DNA from: an uncultured bacterium
GTDB lineage: Bacteria; Chlamydiota; Chlamydiia; Chlamydiales; FEN-1388
DNA: 64,000 bases
NCBI GenBank assembly: GCA_964577935.1
Contig: CAZOAJ010000007.1
Location: 20,273-84,272 of the forward strand
Reading direction: 5' to 3'
Shown here in pieces: positions 1 through 9,787 of the stretch (position 1 is the stretch's first letter; each line of letters starts with the position of its first letter). Below the pieces are notes generated by a model. The model searched no databases and was not told where the DNA came from. It saw only the letters and a list, made by a program, of their open reading frames with translations. A program made the position numbers and the translations under genes.

Positions 1-2
1 AT

Positions 3-929
3 ATGCTTGCCGAATGCCTTCGTGAGCTTGAGGAGAAAAATCTAATTATTGTCTCTGAAGGGGCAAAATGTCTATTTGTTGAAGGGTCTGATCTTCCGTT
101 AATGATGCAAAAATCAGATGGAGGATTTACGTACGATACCACAGATATGGCGGCGCTTCTTCATAGGATTCGTGATGAAAAGGCTAATTGGATCATTTAT
201 GTCGTTGATATGGGGCAATCGCTCCATTTTGATCTCGTTTTTAAAGCTTCAGAGAAGGCAGGCGTTCTAGATCAATCCAAGGTGAGAGTTGATCATGTTC
301 CTTTCGGGCTTGTTTTGGGTGCTGATGGGAAGAAGTTTAGAACTCGATCGGGTGAGACTGAAAAGCTCGTTGATCTTCTCCAGGAGGCCATTAAAAAGGC
401 TCAAGAGATTTTAGAAGCACGCAATCCGGAATGGTCATCTCAAGATCGACTCAGAACAGCTTCAATTTTAGGTCTTGGTGCTGTTAAGTACGCAGATCTT
501 TCCTGTCACCGTATAAGCGACTACACATTCAGTTATGAACGTATGCTTCGTTTTGAAGGGAATACAGCTGCGTTTATCATGTATTCCTATGTCAGAACAC
601 AAAGTATCAAAAGAAAAATAGCAGAAAAAAAGAACTATGACTTTTCTCTCATTGAGATAAAAGGGCTTAACACGGCAAGTGAGTGTGCTTTAGCACTTCT
701 TATTGATCAGTTTTCTGAAGTTATGGAGTCGGTAGTTCAAGAACTCCTTCCAAACAGATTAACTGAGTATCTTTATGCACTTTCAGAACAATTCAATCTC
801 TTTTTTAGAGACTGTCGTGTTGAGGGGGATGTTCATGAGGGAGAACGGCTTGCACTCGTTGATCTAACCGGCCGTGTCCTTAAACAGGGACTTGAACTCC
901 TTGGGATTGAGGTCCCAGAAAAAATGTAG
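3..929 (+). CDS. argS: Arginyl-tRNA synthetase, C-terminal ~308 aa (5' end lies outside the window)
   Basis: The ORF runs from the window edge. It has the class I ArgRS catalytic-core block SDGGFTYDTTDMAA and a DALR-type anticodon-binding C-terminus ending in M. At 308 aa it is far too short for a full ArgRS. Confidence 0.9.
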   Translation: MLAECLRELEEKNLIIVSEGAKCLFVEGSDLPLMMQKSDGGFTYDTTDMAALLHRIRDEKANWIIYVVDMGQSLHFDLVFKASEKAGVLDQSKVRVDHVPFGLVLGADGKKFRTRSGETEKLVDLLQEAIKKAQEILEARNPEWSSQDRLRTASILGLGAVKYADLSCHRISDYTFSYERMLRFEGNTAAFIMYSYVRTQSIKRKIAEKKNYDFSLIEIKGLNTASECALALLIDQFSEVMESVVQELLPNRLTEYLYALSEQFNLFFRDCRVEGDVHEGERLALVDLTGRVLKQGLELLGIEVPEKM

Positions 930-935
930 TGGTTG

Positions 936-2378
936 TTAGGGGAGAAACTTAATATCGCCTTCCACATTACATTCAATCGAAAGAGTTTTATATTCAGGCC
1001 TAGATAAAACTATTTCTCGGATGACCTCGAAATTGAGCATATCGATAGGAGGTCTTCTGATTCCTTTACTCGTTTCAATATTGAGGGAATATTGTGGGGT
1101 ATTTTTCGCCTTATTTGGATATTCTTCAATCAATAGGGTGTCTTCGGGAAGATTGATTTCCGTAAGGACCTCAGTTTTAATCGTGATAGTGCAACATAGT
1201 TCATCAATAAGTGCTTCGTGATTTGAAATAGACTCTCCTATTTGATGGGAGTGTTTTAACTGTTCTGCGATGCTAGTTACAAGCTTATGGATCAATTTAT
1301 GTTCAGGAGATGAGTAAAATTTTGGGTTTTTGGGGAAAGTAAACGCCTCGTTAAAAATTGAGCTTAGTTCAAATAAATCAGTGTCGAAGGTGAAAACAAC
1401 AAGTACTGTTGGCACGTTTTGAGTAAAGATTGTCTTGTCCATTTCGCCGGAAGCAATCCTCTCAATAAACGCACGGAGCTCTTCATCTTCATTTCTTAAA
1501 TCGAGCCTTTTGACGCTATCCCATTGAAAGCCTGAGAAATTGGAGCCATGAGGAATGAAAAGAAAGCTGTAGCTCTTATTATTTTCAACCCCAGCTTGGC
1601 TGGGTAAAAGGCGGAGCCCTGCCACTTTCTGATCCAGAATGTTATAGACCCCAATTTGTTTATTGCTTTGAATTGCATTCAGAAGAAATATTTCATTTAA
1701 TAATGGCCCTACGAAATAAGTTAGAGGTCTTGGTATCCCAGTAATCTCATGAAATCGATTTCGTGTAGACGTGTACTTAAGTAAAATATTTTTTTCTATG
1801 TAGCACGTCCTATTCCTAATGAGTTCTCTATTGCTTGAACACATGTTTGATTTGAGAAACCTTAAGTCTTGCAGGATGTGTGCAGATTCAATACAGGTGC
1901 TATAAAGCCCAGCTGATAATCCATCGACAAGAGTAGACGAGGAGACATACAGGGGTGTAGGCAGTGATTCAAAGCACCCGAAATTAATTTCATAAAATAG
2001 ATTATATATGTGTTTCGTAAGACAGGAGGTGCTTTCATAGGCTCTATGTTCACGAGCTCTTAGTCGACCTTCTCGAATAGTCGATATGATCTGGAATTTC
2101 TTCTGTTCTCTAATACCTGAAAGATTCAAGCAAAGGTTGGGATCATCGAGTATGTGCTTGTAAAAAACCTTGCATACCAACATGACAGGGTGGATTTCTG
2201 AGAGGGTCCCACAGTTTATATAAGAGAAAATATGGGTTAAAAGCTCTTCAGGGAGGTCTTTAACCGATATCTTCTCGCTTGTTTTATGGGAGAGCTCAGT
2301 ATTGGCCGTATTTAGGGCTGTATAGTAGTATGAATTTGGTCCTTGTAAACAGGCTTCTGGAACACAATGTATTGACAA
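936..2378 (-). CDS. F-box domain protein (putative secreted effector)
   Basis: 480-aa ORF. Residues ~39-85, DLPEELLTHIFSYINCGTLSEIHPVMLVCKVFYKHIL, fit the eukaryotic F-box consensus. I recognise no domain in the rest. Confidence 0.7.
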   Translation of the reverse strand: MSIHCVPEACLQGPNSYYYTALNTANTELSHKTSEKISVKDLPEELLTHIFSYINCGTLSEIHPVMLVCKVFYKHILDDPNLCLNLSGIREQKKFQIISTIREGRLRAREHRAYESTSCLTKHIYNLFYEINFGCFESLPTPLYVSSSTLVDGLSAGLYSTCIESAHILQDLRFLKSNMCSSNRELIRNRTCYIEKNILLKYTSTRNRFHEITGIPRPLTYFVGPLLNEIFLLNAIQSNKQIGVYNILDQKVAGLRLLPSQAGVENNKSYSFLFIPHGSNFSGFQWDSVKRLDLRNEDEELRAFIERIASGEMDKTIFTQNVPTVLVVFTFDTDLFELSSIFNEAFTFPKNPKFYSSPEHKLIHKLVTSIAEQLKHSHQIGESISNHEALIDELCCTITIKTEVLTEINLPEDTLLIEEYPNKAKNTPQYSLNIETSKGIRRPPIDMLNFEVIREIVLSRPEYKTLSIECNVEGDIKFLP

Positions 2379-2396
2379 GATGCCTCCAAATATGAC

Positions 2397-3437
2397 TCAT
2401 GAAATGCTCTGGATAGGAGTTTTTGATCTTTTTCCAGGAATTTCTTGAACATACTGAGGAACGGCATATCCAGGAAGTGTTTTTCTTAACTCCTCTATCA
2501 GGTGTAGTCCGTAAGATGGATCTACTTCAAAATGAGCAGTTCCTTGAACTCGGTCTAATTGATGGAGATAGTAGGGAAGTATTCCATGGGTGATGAGGGC
2601 ATAATTCAATTGATAAAGAGCTTCAACAGTATCGTTGATCCCTTTGAGGAGTACTGATTGGTTTAAAATAGGAATTCCTATTCTTTGCAGAAATTGTAAA
2701 GAAGTGAAGACCTCATCATCAAGCTCGCGAACGTGATTCACGTGGATCACAAAAATAATTTGTTTTTTTTGGTTGAGGACATTTTCCAGGGCATTTAAGA
2801 GGTCTTTTGTGATTCGTTCAGGGATGCCGATAGGAAATCTTGTATGAACTCGAATGATTTCTAAGTGTTTGATCTCAATGAGCTCCTCAAGCAGATCCCG
2901 TAACTTGTGTGTAGATAATGAGAGGGGGTCTCCTCCGCTCAAAATAACTTCGGAAATAGAGCTGTTTTTTCTGAGGATATCGAGTTCTTTCTCGAAATGA
3001 GCGCTTTTCGACTGATAGTCAAAATTTTGCCTAAAACAATATCTGCAGTGCATAGCACATACGCCTGTCGAAACTAAGAGTGCTCGCCCTGTGTATTTTT
3101 GTAATAAAGTTCCTCCTTGCGAAAAGAGAAAGTCTTGAACTGGTTCATCACAAAACCCTTCCTTCGTTTCTTTTTCTTCTTTGAGAGGGATGAATTGCCG
3201 CAGAATCGGATCGTGAGGATTGTTTTTTTGAATCTTATGAGCCAGGCGAAGAGGAATATTGATTGTGAATTTCGGATTTGGAAGAAAGTTCTTGAGTTCT
3301 TCTTCATTCCATTCAAGAAAGGTAGTTAAAGAGCCATAAGAACGAATATTATTTCGCAGTATTGAACGCCAATGAGAGTCTGTATCAGTGCAGTGGGGGT
3401 TATTTGATTTTGTAGAATTTGGGTCAGAAATAGACAT
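2397..3437 (-). CDS. KamA-family radical SAM enzyme (EpmB-like lysine 2,3-aminomutase)
   Basis: CAMHCRYCFRQNF (CxxxCxxC radical-SAM cluster) and SGGDPL motifs are present, and the size is EpmB-like. The ORF track starts at a TTG at 3482; the first ATG is at 3437. Confidence 0.8.
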   Translation of the reverse strand: MSISDPNSTKSNNPHCTDTDSHWRSILRNNIRSYGSLTTFLEWNEEELKNFLPNPKFTINIPLRLAHKIQKNNPHDPILRQFIPLKEEKETKEGFCDEPVQDFLFSQGGTLLQKYTGRALLVSTGVCAMHCRYCFRQNFDYQSKSAHFEKELDILRKNSSISEVILSGGDPLSLSTHKLRDLLEELIEIKHLEIIRVHTRFPIGIPERITKDLLNALENVLNQKKQIIFVIHVNHVRELDDEVFTSLQFLQRIGIPILNQSVLLKGINDTVEALYQLNYALITHGILPYYLHQLDRVQGTAHFEVDPSYGLHLIEELRKTLPGYAVPQYVQEIPGKRSKTPIQSIS

Positions 3438-3610
3438 GATTGCAGCAATATATACGGTATTTGATGAGCTCAAGCTCGACAAAAGAGCTGGATTCTAGGC
3501 AACTGAAGTTTAAGTGAATCGTTCTTTATGCAAATTCAAAATAAACAACAGTTTTATAGAACCTGAGTATTTGTAAATTAAGGACAATTATCGCATTGTC
3601 CTTAATTTTA

Positions 3611-5056
3611 TCAAACCAGAACCGCAGCTTTCTTTGCTGTAGAGACCTTGATCGTTTCTTTAATTGCTTCTTTCGCCTTTTCAATAGGGGACGATGGTTG
3701 TTCGATCCCTATCCTCGAGACCTCTGCGCCAAGACCTTGCATTTTCTCGACGACATTTTCATATCCTCGGTCAAGAAAAGAAACACCAGAAAGTCTTGTT
3801 TCGCCCTCAGCAATCAAAGCAGCAAGGACGTATGCAAATCCGGCTCTAAGATCAGGGATCGCAATCGACTTGCCGATCAGTGGGGTTGGGCCACGCACAA
3901 CTGCACTATGATAATTAGCGCAGGAATTAAATCGGCACTGCTTTCCGCCCAAGCACTGTTTGAAAAGAGAGACGTTAGCGCCCATTTCATTCAAAGTTTC
4001 GGTGAATCCGAGCCTGTTTTCATAGACAGTCTCATGCAGTATTGAAGTTCCTGTAGCTTGCGTTAGCATTACCACGAATGGCGGTTGCCAGTCAGTCATG
4101 AAGCCTGGATGTACATCTGTCTCTAGGTGAAGTCCTCCTTGGAGAGGTCCGTCATAGAAAAATTCAATTCCATCTTGCTTGATGCTAAATCCACCACCGA
4201 GTTCACGAAGTTTATTAAGGAAGGTGATCATGTGGATATGCTGGGCACCTTTGACCATTACCTTGCCCTTAGTGAGGATGGCTGCCATGCCCCATGATGC
4301 TGCTTCGTTGCGATCGGCTAAAATGTTATGTTCTGCTTCATAAAAATGGCGGGTCCCTACAATTTTGATAGTTCTATCTACATCGAGGGTGATGTTGACA
4401 CCTATTTTTTGAAGGAAAAGAATAAGGTCAACGATTTCAGGTTCCACAGCTGCATTTTGAATAATCGTTGTTCCTTTAGCGCCAACGGCGGCTAAGATCG
4501 TATTTTCAGTTGCTCCGACAGATGGATAGGGAAGGCTAATCAGGCTGCCATTGAGTCCATTATGTGCCTTTGCAAGATATGCGCATTCTTTTTTCATCTC
4601 GCGTAGTTCAATATGAGCCCCGAGTTGTAAAAGGGCTTCGATATGAAAATCGATCGATCGTCTTCCGATCTTGCAACCGCCAACTGTTGGAACAATTACA
4701 TCCTCTCCTGATCTCGCAAGGAGAGCTCCAATCATAAGAATCGGTATCCTGTTTGATCCGCAAAATCTCTGAGGGATATACGAAGTGCGTATTTCTTTAG
4801 TCTGACAGCGTAGGATGCCTTTTTCTTTGTTCCAGTCAACTTCCATTCCAAGCTCTTGGCAGAGCTCAACTGTAATTCGAACATCGCCAATGTCTGGCAC
4901 ATTGGTAAAAGTGCATGGCTTGGGGGATAAAAGTGAAGCAACGAGGAGTTTTGTGATAGCGTTTTTGGCTCCAGCGACTCGTACTTCTCCATTTAATGGA
5001 ATACCGCCACTGATTTTTAACTCTTCTTTTTTTATATCCGGTTTTGAATCAAGCAC
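3611..5056 (-). CDS. murA: UDP-N-acetylglucosamine 1-carboxyvinyltransferase
   Basis: Full-length MurA-like sequence (AGAKNAITKLL ... GGCKIGRRSIDFHI ... DLRAGFAYVLAAL). The active-site Cys is retained (codon 4673-4675). Confidence 0.93.
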   Translation of the reverse strand: MLDSKPDIKKEELKISGGIPLNGEVRVAGAKNAITKLLVASLLSPKPCTFTNVPDIGDVRITVELCQELGMEVDWNKEKGILRCQTKEIRTSYIPQRFCGSNRIPILMIGALLARSGEDVIVPTVGGCKIGRRSIDFHIEALLQLGAHIELREMKKECAYLAKAHNGLNGSLISLPYPSVGATENTILAAVGAKGTTIIQNAAVEPEIVDLILFLQKIGVNITLDVDRTIKIVGTRHFYEAEHNILADRNEAASWGMAAILTKGKVMVKGAQHIHMITFLNKLRELGGGFSIKQDGIEFFYDGPLQGGLHLETDVHPGFMTDWQPPFVVMLTQATGTSILHETVYENRLGFTETLNEMGANVSLFKQCLGGKQCRFNSCANYHSAVVRGPTPLIGKSIAIPDLRAGFAYVLAALIAEGETRLSGVSFLDRGYENVVEKMQGLGAEVSRIGIEQPSSPIEKAKEAIKETIKVSTAKKAAVLV

Positions 5057-5487
5057 AATAAAGCCCCTTCCTCTGCATTAATGGGTTTTATACTAGTCGA
5101 ATGCAAAAACGCAAATTCATTTTTTCTATTTTGTAAGTCACTGATTGTAAGTTGGTTAAGGATGATTTTGTGTGAGGAGGGTAATGGTCGTCTGATTAAA
5201 TTACTCGTTTTGAAAATAGTTTATAATAACGGGATTATTATCCATGTTGTATCAACTGAAGGTATGTGACGGGGTTCAGATTGCATTAAATCTATTTTTA
5301 TGAAGGACTACGGTGAGTGAGATCGCATTAATTTTTATTTAATTTATTTAATATTTGCCTTGCGTGTAAGTTTATCGATCTATTCTGATTGTGCCAGAAT
5401 ATGTATCTGTCCTAGATCAGTCTTCCTTGTGAGATCGATTAAGTGTTGTCCACAATAATTTGCAATTTTTTGAGAGTGAGTTTGGGA

Positions 5488-6567
5488 ATGGCCGCTAATT
5501 TAAATCTGTCTTGTCGATTTTTTTGCCTACTTACTTTGCTGCTTATGATGTCGAATCCGCTAGTGGCTGCATTAAAAATTAACGTCTTTAGCGTTCAAAA
5601 TGGCAAAGGACTTGAACTTGATAGATGCATTATCAATGAGGCGCTTACAGATCTGGGCTGCGAGGTGTATAGCCGTGATTTATTTACAAAGCTCGATGAG
5701 CAAGCGGGTTCTGTAGATATCAACATCTTCTTTGAGCATTTGAGCCCTAGCTGGTTTCCTAAGGCAAAAGTAAATTGGTTTATTCCAAATCCCGAATTTT
5801 ACGTTCAAGATCGTGCTCTTCTTGATCAGATCGATCTTGTTTTATGTCGTACAAGATTTGTTGAAAAAATCTTTTCAAGTTTGAATAAAAATACCTATTT
5901 CATAGGCTTTACAAGCACTGATTGTTATAATCCAGATATCAAAAAAGCCTCTACACGCTGTTTGCATCTTGCTGGAGGAAGTCCTTTTAAGGGGACACAA
6001 GCAGTGATAGGTGCGTGGGCTTCTTTTCGAAAAAGTCCATTCCTCATCGCCGTCAGGCATAATGTGAAAAGTCCGTTTTTTGATCGGAATGTACAATGGA
6101 TCTCAAAAAAAATTCCGTTAAGTAGGTTGAGAACCCTTCAAAACAGATGCGGAATTCATCTGTGTCCAAGTCAAGCAGAAGGATTTGGTCATTATATTAT
6201 GGAGGCAATGTCTACAAAAGCGGTTGTAATTACCACCGATGCGCCTCCCATGAATGAGTTTATTACTGATCGAAGGTGCCTCGTTCCGTGCAAATTAGCT
6301 CAGTCTTCTAATTTGGCGTATCGATTTTTTGTTGATTCTCAGGATCTTCAGAAAACAGTTCAAAAAGTTATGTCTCTCTCCCCCAGAGAACGGCAACGAA
6401 TTGGAAAGAGAAATAGAGCTCAATATCGGAAAATCACACGGGAGTTTTATAGAAATATACGAAAGCTTATTCAGAAAACCTCAAAAAAATTAGCGGTTGA
6501 GAGCACTCCAGTCGAGATTATCCAGGTGCAAGATATGAATATTCAAGATATGAACATTTCTGTATAG
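5488..6567 (+). CDS. Glycosyltransferase (GT-B, group 1-like) with N-terminal signal/anchor
   Basis: Has the E-x7-E block SQAEGFGHYIMEAM. The hydrophobic N-terminus is MAANLNLSCRFFCLLTLLLMM. ATG at 5488 is preferred over the GTG at 5443. The C-terminus contains a tandem QDMNI-QDMNI repeat. Confidence 0.65.
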   Translation: MAANLNLSCRFFCLLTLLLMMSNPLVAALKINVFSVQNGKGLELDRCIINEALTDLGCEVYSRDLFTKLDEQAGSVDINIFFEHLSPSWFPKAKVNWFIPNPEFYVQDRALLDQIDLVLCRTRFVEKIFSSLNKNTYFIGFTSTDCYNPDIKKASTRCLHLAGGSPFKGTQAVIGAWASFRKSPFLIAVRHNVKSPFFDRNVQWISKKIPLSRLRTLQNRCGIHLCPSQAEGFGHYIMEAMSTKAVVITTDAPPMNEFITDRRCLVPCKLAQSSNLAYRFFVDSQDLQKTVQKVMSLSPRERQRIGKRNRAQYRKITREFYRNIRKLIQKTSKKLAVESTPVEIIQVQDMNIQDMNISV

Positions 6568-6576
6568 CCTGAGCTG

Positions 6577-6618
6577 TCAAGCAGTCATGTTGTCATTCAA
6601 TTCAACATGACTGCTTGA
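6577..6618. terminator. Perfect 16-bp stem / 10-nt loop hairpin between convergent genes
   Basis: tcaagcagtcatgttg (6577-6592) pairs exactly with caacatgactgcttga (6603-6618). It lies between the stop codons of the two glycosyltransferase genes. Confidence 0.6.
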
Positions 6619-6628
6619 TGTCGATTGT

Positions 6629-7861
6629 CTATTCAGGAACTATCAAGTGTTCAATTTCAGATAAACTTGGACTGTTATCAAATTCGAAATGAGCAACATT
6701 CGATTCAAAATAATTTCTGAGTTGCGAGTTTTTAAGAAGCTGCTTTAGTCCAAGAGCTACATCTTTCACGTTGCCTTTGACTATAAGACCGTTTCGTCCG
6801 TGTTCGACTTGTTCGTGTGCTGCTTTGAAGTCTGTTACAAGAATTGGTTTCCCAAGTATTTTAGCCTCAGTAAGTACGAGTCCAAAACCTTCAGATTCAG
6901 AAGTAAATCCGAAAATATCTGCCTGCTTTATGTAGGGATAGGGGTTGGAGCGTTCTCCTAGAAGAATAAAAGAGTGTTTAAGTCCAAGTTTGTTTATTAA
7001 TGACTGCAGGGCTTGCTTCTCTTTTCCGTCTCCGATCACATACCATTTAAAATCGATATTTCGATCTTTTAGATATTTATGGGCTCGAATTGCTAAGTCG
7101 ATTCGTTTTTCTTTCGTGAGTCTAGCAATAGTTATAACAGTAGGAAAAGCACCTCTATCTAGTGTTTCTGATATTGGCTCCAAAGAAGCGTTTCGGATGG
7201 CTTCATTATCGATTATGTTCATCACTAATCGAGCTTTGTTTGCAACTTTTGGGAAGAGTTTTGCAAGGTTTGATCTCGCTTGCTTTGAAACGCAGATGTA
7301 GTGATCTATTTTGTGTCGTGCTGAAATGATTTTTTTAAAGTATTTAAATGTGGCATCAAATTTTACATCAGAATGAATCCATTGAATTCTATTTTTTGCG
7401 GAGATGGTTGGAATCCAGAGAGACGGATCAATCCATTGGGCGTACGAGATGACAGTGTCGTATTGATTTTTTTCTGCGGTATGTAGGGGGATGATTTTAA
7501 GTGATTTTGGAAGAAGCTTCTCAAAAGCGCCGCCTCTTTTGAGGATGCATACGTCTACTTGTGTAAGAGGTATAGGCAAGTTGTTTACCATGCTGATAAA
7601 AGCTCTTTCCATTCCTCCTGCGATAAGCCATGGGACTATAAATAATACTTTTGAATTCTTTGATGTTTGATGGCTTTTTTGAAGCATCCTGACGGGCAAG
7701 CTGGGAACGGATCTCGGATTGTACGCAGATAGTTCTTGAGATGTTGAAAAATGTGTTTGACAGTTGAAAGGGGCTAGAACGAGTAATGAGAGCGCAAGGG
7801 ATGCTATTTGATTCTTGATCCGATGTGCAAGCGAGCTAAGAGCAAAAAGAGAATAGTGCAT
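6629..7861 (-). CDS. Glycosyltransferase family 4 (GT-B)
   Basis: SESEGFGLVLTEAKILGKPILVTD ... GRNGLIV is a typical GT4 C-terminal domain. An N-terminal hydrophobic segment is present. The start codon is uncertain. Confidence 0.75.
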   Translation of the reverse strand: MHYSLFALSSLAHRIKNQIASLALSLLVLAPFNCQTHFSTSQELSAYNPRSVPSLPVRMLQKSHQTSKNSKVLFIVPWLIAGGMERAFISMVNNLPIPLTQVDVCILKRGGAFEKLLPKSLKIIPLHTAEKNQYDTVISYAQWIDPSLWIPTISAKNRIQWIHSDVKFDATFKYFKKIISARHKIDHYICVSKQARSNLAKLFPKVANKARLVMNIIDNEAIRNASLEPISETLDRGAFPTVITIARLTKEKRIDLAIRAHKYLKDRNIDFKWYVIGDGKEKQALQSLINKLGLKHSFILLGERSNPYPYIKQADIFGFTSESEGFGLVLTEAKILGKPILVTDFKAAHEQVEHGRNGLIVKGNVKDVALGLKQLLKNSQLRNYFESNVAHFEFDNSPSLSEIEHLIVPE

Positions 7862-8144
7862 AAAAGTAACTTGATATATGAAATTTAATTCAAGAGAGTG
7901 GATACTATGAGGGGAGCTAGTTAATGGCCAGCTGAATTTTAATGAGTATTCTTTCCATTTGAGTAGTTTTTACTATTTCTCTAGTAGTATTTGATGCTCT
8001 CATGCGGGATTTTAAGTATTCTCTTATCGTCATTTTCGGTCTGATTCTTTTACTTGAAATTTTTTCGTAACTCGCTGTATTCTGGTAAGCTTCATTTTCT
8101 ATTTCGCGGAAATCCGTGCAACGTGAGTGAATGTTAGAGGTATT

Positions 8145-9656
8145 ATGTCACAAGATGTGAAACGGGAGTTTGGTAAATGGCGTGCCTTTTTTTGGCCTGT
8201 CCATGCCTATGAACTTAAAAAAATTCTTCCCATGTTTTTCATGTTCTTCTTTATTTCTTTCAATTATACGATATTGAGAGATACGAAGGACGCGTTAATT
8301 GTTACTTCTGCTGGTGCAGAAGCCATTCCATTCTTGAAAGTATGGGGTGTTGTTCCTGGTGCTATTATTTTTACTCTGCTCTACGCAAAGTTGAGCAACG
8401 TGTTGAGTAAAGAAAATTTATTCTATGCATCTCTTATTCCATTTTTGGTCTTCTTCGGTTTGTTTGCTGGAGTTATCTATCCTATTAAGGATTCTCTTCA
8501 GTTGAACACTCTCGCTGATTGGCTTGCAGCTCACCTTCCTGCAGGGATGTCCGGGCTTGTCGAATCGATCAGAAACTGGTTCTATTCGATATTTTACATT
8601 CTTGCAGAACTCTGGGGCTCTGCAGCGCTTTCCCTTCTTTTCTGGGGTTTTGCGAACGATATCACAAAGATCTCAGAAGCTAAACGTTTTTATGCTCTCT
8701 TTGGTTTGGGCGCAAACTTGGCGCTTCTTTTCTCGGGTCCAGCGATCGTGTATGTTTCTGACATTCGTGATCAGCTTCCGCCAGATGTAGATGCATGGCA
8801 AGTTTCTTTGAACTATTTGATGACCATGGTCGTGATAGCAGGCTTCGGCGCTGTTGCTCTCTACTACTGGATGAATCGAGCAGTATTAACTGATCCGCGA
8901 TTCTATGATCCAACTGAGATCAAGGGCAAGAAGTCAAAGCCTAAGATGTCAATTAAAGAAAGCTTTCTGTTCTTGGGTCGATCAAAGTACATCATGTGCA
9001 TTGCTCTTCTCGTTATTGCGTATGGTATCTCCATTAACCTCGTTGAAGTTACATGGAAAAACCAGCTGAAATTGCAATATCCAAATCCAAATGATTACAG
9101 CAAGTTCATGGGATACTTCTCAACTGTAACTGGCGCTGTAACAATTTTGATGATGCTTTTTGTTGGCGGAAATGCTCTTCGAAAAGGCTGGGGTTTTGCT
9201 GCGATGATCACTCCTGTTGTTCTTTTGGTAACAGGAACTGCTTTCTTTGCATTCGTTCTCTTCCGTGGATCGCTTTCAGATATGATTGCGGCTATGGGGA
9301 CAACTCCTCTCTTCTTGGCTGTTATATTCGGTGCAGCTCAGAACATTATGAGTAAATCTGCTAAGTACTCTCTCTTTGATCCGACCAAGGAAATGGCATA
9401 CATTCCTCTTGATCCAGAATCAAAAGTTAAGGGTAAGGCAGCTATCGATGTTATCGGTGCACGTCTTGGTAAATCTGGTGGATCATTCGTTCAGCAAGCT
9501 TTGCTTGTTATGTTCGGATCGATCTCGGCAATTACCCCATATGTTGCAATCATCTTGTTTGTAATTATTGGTGTTTGGATTGTTGCTGTACGTTCTTTGA
9601 ACCGACAGTTTACGCAGCTTACTCAAGAAAAAGCAGAAGTTAAGGCTTCAGCTTAA
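8145..9656 (+). CDS. ntt: ATP/ADP translocase (nucleotide transporter, TLC/NTT family)
   Basis: Polytopic membrane protein whose N-terminus, FFWPVHAYELKKILPMFFMFFFISFNYTILRDTKDALIV, and FWGFANDI block are characteristic of chlamydial/rickettsial NTTs. ATG at 8145 is preferred over the GTG at 8127. Confidence 0.9.
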   Translation: MSQDVKREFGKWRAFFWPVHAYELKKILPMFFMFFFISFNYTILRDTKDALIVTSAGAEAIPFLKVWGVVPGAIIFTLLYAKLSNVLSKENLFYASLIPFLVFFGLFAGVIYPIKDSLQLNTLADWLAAHLPAGMSGLVESIRNWFYSIFYILAELWGSAALSLLFWGFANDITKISEAKRFYALFGLGANLALLFSGPAIVYVSDIRDQLPPDVDAWQVSLNYLMTMVVIAGFGAVALYYWMNRAVLTDPRFYDPTEIKGKKSKPKMSIKESFLFLGRSKYIMCIALLVIAYGISINLVEVTWKNQLKLQYPNPNDYSKFMGYFSTVTGAVTILMMLFVGGNALRKGWGFAAMITPVVLLVTGTAFFAFVLFRGSLSDMIAAMGTTPLFLAVIFGAAQNIMSKSAKYSLFDPTKEMAYIPLDPESKVKGKAAIDVIGARLGKSGGSFVQQALLVMFGSISAITPYVAIILFVIIGVWIVAVRSLNRQFTQLTQEKAEVKASA

Positions 9657-9710
9657 CAAAAATAAATGGCCAAAAAAGTTTAATAAATTTTTGAAGCTAA
9701 ATATTTTTTG

Positions 9711-9738
9711 ACAACAAGCCAAGGTCTTGGCTTGTTGT
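9711..9738 (+). terminator. Stem-loop (13-bp arms) just downstream of ntt
   Basis: acaacaagccaag / cttggcttgttgt form an inverted repeat. There is no clear T-tract. Confidence 0.4.
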
Positions 9739-9746
9739 GGTACAAA

Positions 9747-9787
9747 ACCTAGCTTGGAGAAAAAATCTCTAAGCTAGGTTTTTTTTG
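9747..9787 (+). terminator. Rho-independent terminator of ntt
   Basis: A 14-bp stem (acctagcttggaga / tctctaagctaggt, one G-U pair) with a 5-nt loop, followed by a run of 8 T. Confidence 0.7.

Noticed and set aside
5081-5269. A 62-aa ORF in the murA / glycosyltransferase intergenic region.
   Set aside because: There is no RBS, no motif and no conservation cue. The region is AT-rich and is better explained as divergent promoter space.
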